A stretch of 60,885 nucleotides of DNA from a virus (Duplodnaviria > Caudoviricetes): the IMG/VR virus record IMGVR_UViG_3300030419_000057, positions 1-60,885 of that record, one strand, 5' to 3'. Shown one piece after another: positions 29,461 through 35,250 of this stretch (its first letter is position 1; the number at the start of each line of letters is the position of its first letter). Position numbers and translations under genes: made by a program. Below the pieces are notes generated by a model. It did not search any database. It had not been told where the DNA came from and worked only from the letters and a program-made list of their open reading frames with translations.

Positions 29461-29682
29461 TTATTCCTCAACATATTGGTTTATCATAGGTTCTTCTTCT
29501 GCCATTTGTGCTACCATTACAGTACAGTCTGTAATAACAGACATAGCTAAACATATTTCAGACCATTCATCAGCATACTCCATGCTGTCTTCATCTTGTC
29601 CTATCTTGTTTCCTAAAGAATCTTCAGCATAAGAATGTAATATATTCCATATGTGATCTAATGCTTGTTCAGTAGTCATCAT
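29461..29682 (-). CDS. Hypothetical acidic early protein
   Basis: ORF track; AGGAG SD. Confidence 0.6.
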   Translation of the reverse strand: MMTTEQALDHIWNILHSYAEDSLGNKIGQDEDSMEYADEWSEICLAMSVITDCTVMVAQMAEEEPMINQYVEE

Positions 29683-29879
29683 CTTACTACTCCTACAGTT
29701 TCTAATTTTTGATTACGTACTCCAAAGACATCTATCTTTTGAGCATCACCATCAGGTGATGTAACTTCTACACTTACTACTGTATAGAAATCTCCATCTT
29801 TATCATTCATTTCCATATGATCTACTCTAACTTCAATCTTTGAAGCCTCGTGAAAATATATATTTGTTTTACCAGCCAT
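29679..29879 (-). CDS. Hypothetical early protein
   Basis: ORF track; AAGGA SD. Confidence 0.6.
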   Translation of the reverse strand: MAGKTNIYFHEASKIEVRVDHMEMNDKDGDFYTVVSVEVTSPDGDAQKIDVFGVRNQKLETVGVVR

Positions 29880-29881
29880 AA

Positions 29882-30103
29882 TTAATTCCTTCTCTTTTTA
29901 AGATAATCAGATATAGCACAATGCACATCTATTTCTAGTTCATCTTCTCGTAACCATTCCTCTGCACGATTCTGATACAGAGCATGAGCGATAGCTTGCT
30001 CAATAAATTCTTCTATGTTATTATCTATATAATCATAGATCGTACTAACAGCTTCATCATACATATCTTCCAGTTGAGATTGGACTGGTGATGGTAACGA
30101 CAT
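29882..30103 (-). CDS. Hypothetical acidic early protein
   Basis: AAGGAG SD directly after hairpin copy 3. Confidence 0.65.
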   Translation of the reverse strand: MSLPSPVQSQLEDMYDEAVSTIYDYIDNNIEEFIEQAIAHALYQNRAEEWLREDELEIDVHCAISDYLKKRRN

Positions 30104-30119
30104 ATCATTCTCCTTATCT

Positions 30120-30165
30120 TATATCTCTAAGGTATTTCACTACGTTCAATACCGTAAGAGATATA
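30120..30165 (-). repeat. Dispersed hairpin element, copy 3
   Basis: UAUAUCUCU-UAC-GGUAUU...AAUACC-UU-AGAGAUAUA; loop shares ACGUAGUG with copy 1. Confidence 0.8.
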
Positions 30166-30252
30166 TAGGTTTACCAAACAATACTCCCACATAGTAATAA
30201 TGTAAAGAGTAAACTAAACAATAATATATTATTGTACATTACTAACCCTTTT

Positions 30253-30483
30253 TTATAACATCTCCCCATCTACTAGGATGGGACTGTCTGTTTCAATCCA
30301 TACGTGAGCACCACAAGACAAAGGTTTATCAGGTCTATAGACTACTCGTGCTTTACCAGAAAACTCTACGGTATTACCGTATCTATTTTCTTTGTAAGTT
30401 TTACAAGTCAAGACAGGATCACTCACGTTATTCTTACGATTAGCTTTGATAACGTGTTGATTTACATGGATAATTCTTTTCAT
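30253..30483 (-). CDS. Conserved small phage protein
   Basis: IHVNQHVIKAN...VVYRPDKPLSCGAHVWIET. Confidence 0.7.
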   Translation of the reverse strand: MKRIIHVNQHVIKANRKNNVSDPVLTCKTYKENRYGNTVEFSGKARVVYRPDKPLSCGAHVWIETDSPILVDGEML

Positions 30484-30484
30484 A

Positions 30485-30646
30485 TCATACCTCTATGTCT
30501 ATCTTATGTTTAGGTTTCCTAGTATAGGAACCCCTACCTCTTTTAGGTTTTTCTGCGTCAGCTTTTCTTTGCTTGGCATGAACTACAAAAGGATTTCTTT
30601 TGTACATCATTCTGTTAGATGTACTACTTGGTGCTGTTACTTTCAT
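30485..30646 (-). CDS. ArfA-like basic peptide, 53 aa (not in ORF track)
   Basis: GGAGG SD; ...RNPFVVHAKQRKADAEKPKRGRGSYTRKPKHK; resembles the ArfA KKGKGSYxRK motif. Confidence 0.6.
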   Translation of the reverse strand: MKVTAPSSTSNRMMYKRNPFVVHAKQRKADAEKPKRGRGSYTRKPKHKIDIEV

Positions 30647-30848
30647 GTCTATCCCTCCAGTAATCCTCCATTACTGTAGTATATCTTTCTGGATTATAGA
30701 TAAAGATAAATCTTTCATCTCTGTCTAATGCCCAAATAGGATAAGGTAATGGAGGTTTCATCCACCTATCTTCTACGTCTATCATTGTTTTAAGTTCAAG
30801 GTCTGTTAAGTAAACTTTTTTAAGTTTAGTATTCTTATCTACAAACAT
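30624..30848 (-). CDS. Hypothetical protein (likely start MFVDK)
   Basis: GGAG SD before 30848. Confidence 0.55.
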   Translation of the reverse strand: MFVDKNTKLKKVYLTDLELKTMIDVEDRWMKPPLPYPIWALDRDERFIFIYNPERYTTVMEDYWRDRHESNSTK

Positions 30849-31075
30849 TATGGTTTCTCCAATACACAACTAACTGTATAGGTTCCATCTTTGTTCTTTT
30901 GTTTAAAGACTATGTAAGGTTTATACCCCTCTACTTGGGCAGCATAGACTTTAGCTTTTGTCTGTTTAACCATTCCTACTTGGTTACATTCATGTTTACC
31001 TACATATTTCCAGTCGTTATCCTTAACTTGATAAGAAGTTAAGATAACAATAACAGCTAATACAAATCCAATCAT
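30848..31075 (-). CDS. Small protein with N-terminal hydrophobic signal or anchor
   Basis: MIGFVLAVIVIL; AAGGAG SD. Confidence 0.6.
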   Translation of the reverse strand: MIGFVLAVIVILTSYQVKDNDWKYVGKHECNQVGMVKQTKAKVYAAQVEGYKPYIVFKQKNKDGTYTVSCVLEKP

Positions 31076-31077
31076 TT

Positions 31078-31368
31078 TTATTCTCCTTTTGTGGTAATAT
31101 CAAGAAATAATTCTTCTTGTCCAGTGCAATCTTCTTGTAAAAAACCATTATCTAAACGTTTAATTGGGTAAGCTGTAGCTCTAACAGCTACTACATTTTC
31201 TTTAGACCAATCTAATTCTATGTTAATAGACTGTTTATGATCTTTTGTATCAACCCATATATCCCCTTCAAGTATCTCACTGGATACCTTACCATCATCT
31301 ACTGCTTCTTTAATTTCTCTTAGTAATCCTACGATTACAGCTTCCAACAGTTTTTCTCTGTGTTTCAT
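31078..31368 (-). CDS. Hypothetical protein
   Basis: AAGGAG SD; ORF track. Confidence 0.65.
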   Translation of the reverse strand: MKHREKLLEAVIVGLLREIKEAVDDGKVSSEILEGDIWVDTKDHKQSINIELDWSKENVVAVRATAYPIKRLDNGFLQEDCTGQEELFLDITTKGE

Positions 31369-31378
31369 TTCATTCTCC

Positions 31379-31990
31379 TTAATATTTCTTGACTTTTTCT
31401 ACAATCGTATCCGTAGTGCTATGATTATAACATAGTAAACAGTCTTTGCACTTTTGTCCAGTACAATTTTGTTGATCTACATGCTCATGCTCCAAGACAT
31501 TATTAAATGTCTTATCAAAGTATAGTGGTGGAGTAGCCATGATGCTACTAATAGTAGGGTTGCTATAGATTACAATCAAGTTCTTTGGCTTTTCAACATA
31601 GTCAAAAAGTCTTTTAATATAATCTTTACGCTTTGTCCACAAAGCAAAGTTACAATGCGGATTATGCTTAACGATAGCTACAAGGTTAGCTAAATGTTGC
31701 ATATTAATTAGCTCACCATGAGCATCAAACCTAAAGAAAGCATCCAGTATTACTGGCAATTCTTCTTTGCTCAAAGTCTTGGAACTTAGAAGATCACTGT
31801 TACGCTGCAAAGCAGCAGCCATATTCTTTCTATATCCTTTAAGCATGGTATGGCTGTAACAATGCTTGCAAATTGTTTCCTTCTTTGCTTTGTTCATCTT
31901 GATGCAAAAAGGATTAGTCAAAGTATTAGTGCTAATAGCTTTAAAACCGTCCAGCTTACCAGTCATTTTACTAATGTGAACATTAGTCAT
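31379..31990 (-). CDS. Cys-rich gp88-like / radical-SAM-related protein
   Basis: SKMTGK, C..CKHCY, FRFDAHGEL, ALWTKR, PKNL, C-terminal C...CKDCLLC. Confidence 0.55.
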   Translation of the reverse strand: MTNVHISKMTGKLDGFKAISTNTLTNPFCIKMNKAKKETICKHCYSHTMLKGYRKNMAAALQRNSDLLSSKTLSKEELPVILDAFFRFDAHGELINMQHLANLVAIVKHNPHCNFALWTKRKDYIKRLFDYVEKPKNLIVIYSNPTISSIMATPPLYFDKTFNNVLEHEHVDQQNCTGQKCKDCLLCYNHSTTDTIVEKVKKY

Positions 31991-32223
31991 TATATAAACT
32001 CCACTTTAAAATCTGCATCACCTTTACGGTGAATCCAACGTGTCCATTTAGTATCAACAGACTGTATTAAAATCATATCTTCTCCCAGAAACTTATAAGT
32101 TTCATTCATTAGATGATCTTCTGCATACAGTGGGCCAGATACTCCATCCCATAATTCTCCATGAGAATTAATACGTCTTTTACCATACTCAGTAAGCCCT
32201 GTCAAACGTACCATGTTAGCCAT
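31990..32223 (-). CDS. Hypothetical protein, paralog of 32338-32544
   Basis: VRLTGLTEYGKRRINSHGELW...RWIH..GDADFKVE. Confidence 0.65.
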   Translation of the reverse strand: MANMVRLTGLTEYGKRRINSHGELWDGVSGPLYAEDHLMNETYKFLGEDMILIQSVDTKWTRWIHRKGDADFKVEFI

Positions 32224-32240
32224 ATTAAAACTCCTTATAA

Positions 32241-32302
32241 ATATCTCTAGAAACTCTAAGTAGTATCATAAATGCTACTACTAAGAGTTTCATAAGAGAT
32301 AT
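32241..32302 (-). repeat. Dispersed hairpin element, copy 4 (extended)
   Basis: Plus strand ATATCTCT-a-GAAACTCT-a-AGTAGTA...TACTACT-a-AGAGTTTC-ata-AGAGATAT. Confidence 0.8.
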
Positions 32303-32303
32303 A

Positions 32304-32348
32304 TTACTTCTCCGAACCAAACGTGTTGATCCATTCTTCAGGTGTTAC
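32304..32348 (-). pseudogene. Relic duplicate of the 3' end of gene 32546-32746
   Basis: Encodes VTPEEWINTFGSEK* versus VTPQEWINTFGSEK*; 38/45 nt identical. Confidence 0.85.
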
Positions 32349-32544
32349 TTTTATTATTAATCTCCACTTCAAAGTCTCTATCAAATAGAGGATCAACCCA
32401 ACGTGCATCCCAAGTTAGGGTTGACCTAACAAATAATTTTTGGGGTTGTAACTCAGAAGCATGATCTATTACTTCCCACTTGTTTCCATTCTCTTTCACT
32501 CTATTCTTACCGTGATTAGTTTTACCTGTTAGTGTAACAAACAT
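32338..32544 (-). CDS. Hypothetical protein (start MFVTLTG), paralog of 31990-32223
   Basis: GGAG SD; VTLTGKTNHGKNRVKENGNKW...RWVD..FDRDFEVE. Confidence 0.65.
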   Translation of the reverse strand: MFVTLTGKTNHGKNRVKENGNKWEVIDHASELQPQKLFVRSTLTWDARWVDPLFDRDFEVEINNKSNT

Positions 32545-32545
32545 T

Positions 32546-32746
32546 TTATTTCTCCGATCCAAAAGTATTAATCCATTCTTGAGGTGTAACACCTGTCTTT
32601 AAAAATTCTCTGTCATTAGCAGAGACATTAGGCATAGCATCTTGAATAAGAGTACCACTTTCCCAATCGTCAATCTGTGATTGAGTAACAGGAATATCCA
32701 TTGTATTCCACTCGCCACTAAACATACTTTTCTTTGTAATAAGCAT
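32546..32746 (-). CDS. Conserved small phage protein
   Basis: ITKKSMFSG..NTMDIPVT...LIQDAMPNVS..DREFLKTGVTPQEW. Confidence 0.7.
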   Translation of the reverse strand: MLITKKSMFSGEWNTMDIPVTQSQIDDWESGTLIQDAMPNVSANDREFLKTGVTPQEWINTFGSEK

Positions 32747-32769
32747 AGCTTTTATCCTTTGACAAAGTT

Positions 32770-32955
32770 AAATTGGTTAAGGGGTACACTTCTAAGGCCT
32801 TATCTACAGATAAGGTAAATCTTACATTTCATCGTGACCCCTCTTACGGCTACCAGTACCGACACGTAACAGTGTTAGTCTTTTGTTTGTGAGTGCTACC
32901 TCACTTCTCATCATCGGAGGTTAGTCTCCGACTAGTCCCTGCTACAGGACACGTT
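32770..32955 (-). ncRNA. Structured ncRNA segment with repeated GUAGC-loop hairpins
   Basis: GUCC-UGUAGCAG-GGAC, GUGAG-GUAGCA-CUCAC, UAC-UGGUAGCC-GUA and GUCGGAG-ACUAAC-CUCCGAU. Confidence 0.5.
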
Positions 32956-32964
32956 CAAGAAAAA

Positions 32965-33053
32965 GGTGAGAGGGCAGGGAATTGAACCCTGCGTTAGCCT
33001 ACCCTAATAGACCTACAGTGTTTTAGGGACACTGTAAACCAGCCATGCCTCTC
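32965..33053 (-). ncRNA. tRNA-like RNA (non-canonical: no D-stem, 8-bp arm with CCCUAAA loop, long variable arm)
   Basis: Acceptor GAGAGG/CCUCUC-ACC, T-arm GCAGGG-UUCAAUU-CCCUGC, UACAGUGU/ACACUGUA, GGUCUA/UAGGCU. Confidence 0.7.
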
Positions 33054-33060
33054 GTAAATC

Positions 33061-33105
33061 TTCTTATGTGAAGCAGATACCCCGTTGATATCTGCCCCAT
33101 AAAAA
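33061..33105 (-). repeat. Second hairpin family, copy A (GG/UUCA internal loop)
   Basis: UUUUUAUG-GG-GCAGAUAU...GUAUCUGC-UUCA-CAUAAGAA, just after a stop codon. Confidence 0.65.
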
Positions 33106-33107
33106 GA

Positions 33108-33275
33108 CTATGCAATAGTCACAAGACCTTGCTTGTCTGTTAGACGGCTCATGCTATAGAACGGCATGAACAAGTATAGAGAACGCTTTCCAAAATGAAT
33201 CTGGAAAGATTTAGAACCACGACCAAAACCGTAACGGGTTTTCTTTGAACGCTTCCGATAAATATATTTAACCAT
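33108..33275 (-). CDS. 55-aa basic protein (not in ORF track)
   Basis: AAGGAGG after hairpin copy 5; MVKYIYRKRSKKTRYGFGRGSKSFQIHFGKRSLY... Confidence 0.6.
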   Translation of the reverse strand: MVKYIYRKRSKKTRYGFGRGSKSFQIHFGKRSLYLFMPFYSMSRLTDKQGLVTIA

Positions 33276-33294
33276 GAGCTATCCAGCCCTCCTT

Positions 33295-33361
33295 ATATAA
33301 GAAACTCTAAGTGGTGTTCGTAAGAACTCACACCACTAAGAGTATCTATATTAACAACAAG
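33295..33361 (-). repeat. Dispersed hairpin element, copy 5
   Basis: ACUCU-U-AGUGGU-GUGA-GUUC-UUAC-GAAC-ACCACU-U-AGAGU, then SD. Confidence 0.85.
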
Positions 33362-33822
33362 GTTGTAAAACAACCTACGATTAACAGGATCATCTTGAGA
33401 TCACTGTAAAACTTTTCGTCATCTTGATACATAGCCTTATGCCTTTGCCAAGATCAAAGAATAGATGCCGCCTTTAATTCTTTGCAGTCAGGTCTGCCGT
33501 GCCCTTCGGGAAGCAACGGTCTCTGTCTTCCCTGCACCTCTCACTATGCTTCACCATAGACAAAGTAGGGAGGATACTCTGTCGCTTTTTACGGTGTTAC
33601 AGTTACAACAATATCATTACTCCGTAATGAGTAACACATCAAGAAATAAATAAATCAAAGAGCAGTTTCTGTACGACTTACTCAGGTCGTCTTGACATTC
33701 TACCCACTATATTAGGTCAAGACTAATATAGTTTGTTTTGGACAGTTTTTCATGTTACCATTATCCAGCATAACTTCTGTTGACAGGCGTGGTAAGCCCC
33801 GAATCTTATTCAGAGTCAAGAA
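33362..33822 (-). ncRNA. Large structured non-coding segment (multiple hairpins and three H-type pseudoknots)
   Basis: No credible ORF; successive stems with G-U pairs that work on the minus strand; see findings. Confidence 0.55.
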
Positions 33823-33823
33823 C

Positions 33824-33875
33824 TATGTCCTTGTGTGAAGCAGACAGCCTAAACTGTCTACCCCACAAAGACATA
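33824..33875 (-). repeat. Second hairpin family, copy B (GG/UUCA internal loop)
   Basis: UAUGUCUUUGUG-GG-GUAGACAG...CUGUCUGC-UUCA-CACAAGGACAUA, just after a stop codon. Confidence 0.65.
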
Positions 33876-33879
33876 AGTC

Positions 33880-34095
33880 TTAGGCGGCAGTGGCTTCATC
33901 ACGACCAGCAACGAAAGACGTTGCCATCGTATCAGGCATAGCCTCTGCATTCTTGATGACCTTCCAACTACCGTTGGCATGGACAACCCGAACAGGACGG
34001 CCAGCAGCTTCGGCTTTCTTAGCCGTATCACCTTTGCTTTGGTGTGCAGTCCACTTGCCAGTTTTAACGTCAAACGATTGAAATTTAACAGCCAT
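33880..34095 (-). CDS. Hypothetical early protein
   Basis: AAAGGAGG SD after hairpin copy 6; Ala/Lys-rich, more GC-rich than flanking genes. Confidence 0.7.
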   Translation of the reverse strand: MAVKFQSFDVKTGKWTAHQSKGDTAKKAEAAGRPVRVVHANGSWKVIKNAEAMPDTMATSFVAGRDEATAA

Positions 34096-34111
34096 AATCG
34101 GCCTCCTTTGT

Positions 34112-34166
34112 TATAAGATAGTCTAAGTGATGTTCGCAAGAACTCACATCACTAAGACAATCTATA
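34112..34166 (-). repeat. Dispersed hairpin element, copy 6
   Basis: GUCU-U-AGUGAU-GUGA-GUUC-UUGC-GAAC-AUCACU-U-AGAC. Confidence 0.85.
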
Positions 34167-34263
34167 TGGTTTGGAAAAACGTCATTAGTCCAGCGTATGC
34201 CATGCTGAATAGCATAGGCCAGACTATGACAAACTTTGCAAAGATACAAAGATCAGAGATCAT
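34162..34263 (-). CDS. 33-aa hydrophobic peptide (not in ORF track)
   Basis: MISDLCIFAKFVIVWPMLFSMAYAGLMTFFQTI*; overlaps upstream stop; no clear SD. Confidence 0.35.
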   Translation of the reverse strand: MISDLCIFAKFVIVWPMLFSMAYAGLMTFFQTI

Positions 34264-34417
34264 ATGCATAGACAAATTCTATAGCTGAATCAAAAGATTC
34301 AAGCCAATGACCGTGAAGGCCATCCCATACATCAACAGATGTATCAGTTACAGATACTTGGTAAGACCAAGTACCATACTTCATGTCTAAAGCGTTTTGT
34401 AAATCAAATTCAGTCAT
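34253..34417 (-). CDS. 54-aa hypothetical protein (not in ORF track)
   Basis: AAGGAG SD; MTEFDLQNALDMKYGTWSY...; TAATG coupling. Confidence 0.6.
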   Translation of the reverse strand: MTEFDLQNALDMKYGTWSYQVSVTDTSVDVWDGLHGHWLESFDSAIEFVYAYDL

Positions 34418-34581
34418 TAGACTGCTCCTTTGTCTATGTTAGCTTGCAATCTATCTGCAAGAAGTTTGAACTGTTCTTCCTTTTGGAAGAAACCACACAT
34501 CGTTAAATGATCCTGCAAAGAATTAGCAGGATGATTCTGTAATTCAACAAGGTTGAATTTGTCAAGCATTGTTTTCAGCAT
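34417..34581 (-). CDS. Hypothetical protein (start corrected to MLKTMLDK)
   Basis: AAAGGA SD before 34581; the longer track start lies inside hairpin copy 7. Confidence 0.6.
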   Translation of the reverse strand: MLKTMLDKFNLVELQNHPANSLQDHLTMCGFFQKEEQFKLLADRLQANIDKGAV

Positions 34582-34601
34582 GGCATCCTTTGCTATGTAA
34601 A

Positions 34602-34646
34602 GGTTACTAAGTGTAGTTCGTAAGAACTTCACTACACTAAGTAACC
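34602..34646 (-). repeat. Dispersed hairpin element, copy 7
   Basis: GGUUACU-U-AGUGUA-GUGAA-GUUC-UUAC-GAAC-UACACU-U-AGUAACC. Confidence 0.85.
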
Positions 34647-34660
34647 CTAAGTGTCAAGTT

Positions 34661-34903
34661 TTAAATGTCTTTGCCATATTCTGATATGGCATTGTCCAAC
34701 AACTCAGTAAGTTTATGCTGAAGCATATCACGATTAACTTGCTTACCGTAGGTAAACCGACCAATCTTAATAACTTCAAGCAAAGCCTCTTGAACTTCTT
34801 CAAGATAGTGCTCATAGTTTTCACAATGGCAAGCTTCCAGCTTGGTCATTTCATACCCAGCTTTAGCTGTAACTTTCATACCAGAACCAATCCAGCAATC
34901 CAT
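34661..34903 (-). CDS. Hypothetical protein, first early gene
   Basis: AAGGAG SD directly after hairpin copy 8. Confidence 0.6.
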   Translation of the reverse strand: MDCWIGSGMKVTAKAGYEMTKLEACHCENYEHYLEEVQEALLEVIKIGRFTYGKQVNRDMLQHKLTELLDNAISEYGKDI

Positions 34904-34917
34904 ATCAATCTCCTTAA

Positions 34918-34961
34918 ATATCTCTAAGGTATTTCATTTCATTCAATACCGTAAGAGATAT
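34918..34961 (-). repeat. Dispersed hairpin element, copy 8 (near-identical to copy 3)
   Basis: Plus strand ATATCTCTAAGGTATT...AATACCGTAAGAGATAT shared with 30121-30164. Confidence 0.85.
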
Positions 34962-35177
34962 ATAGGTTTCATCACAACATCTCATCATCAACCTTGTTGA
35001 TGCACTGTCATCTCATCAAATCCGTTGCCGAAAGGCTCTGTCTTGATCTATGACTTTTGTCAAAGATGTCAACTACTTAGTAGGACTAAGTAGGTCTGGT
35101 GACTGGCTGAAAGTGTTGCCACTACAGCCAAGCTCTATGAGCTTACCAGACTTCATCAGCCTAACTCCAAAGAATCT

Positions 35178-35250
35178 CTCTGTATCTCAAGAGACTCTAA
35201 CTTACTTCCTAAGAAGTCAGTAAGTAAGAGTCTCTAAAGAGATACTAGAG
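35178..35250. repeat. Long nested hairpin related to the dispersed element (copy 9)
   Basis: GTATCTC..GAGACTCT-aa-CTTACT...AGTAAG-ta-AGAGTCTC..GAGATAC. Confidence 0.6.

Noticed and set aside
32965-33053. Calling this a standard tRNA or a complete tmRNA
   Set aside because: No D-stem, no U33, 6+6 stem geometry, no G3-U70 and no tag reading frame; kept only as tRNA-like
33465-34139. ORFs 33465-33653 (+), 33858-34139 (-) and 33890-34081 (+)
   Set aside because: Wrong strand or alternative frame; 33880-34095 has the strong SD and the remainder is better explained as structured RNA
33295-34646. UGA...GAA in hairpin caps as hammerhead ribozymes
   Set aside because: The CUGANGA and GAAA core and the three-stem arrangement are not present
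21316-35250. Dispersed hairpins as a CRISPR array or integron attC sites
   Set aside because: Spacing is irregular with whole genes between copies, sequences are not identical repeats, there is no consistent RYYYAAC/GTTRRRY core, and no cas or integrase gene is seen
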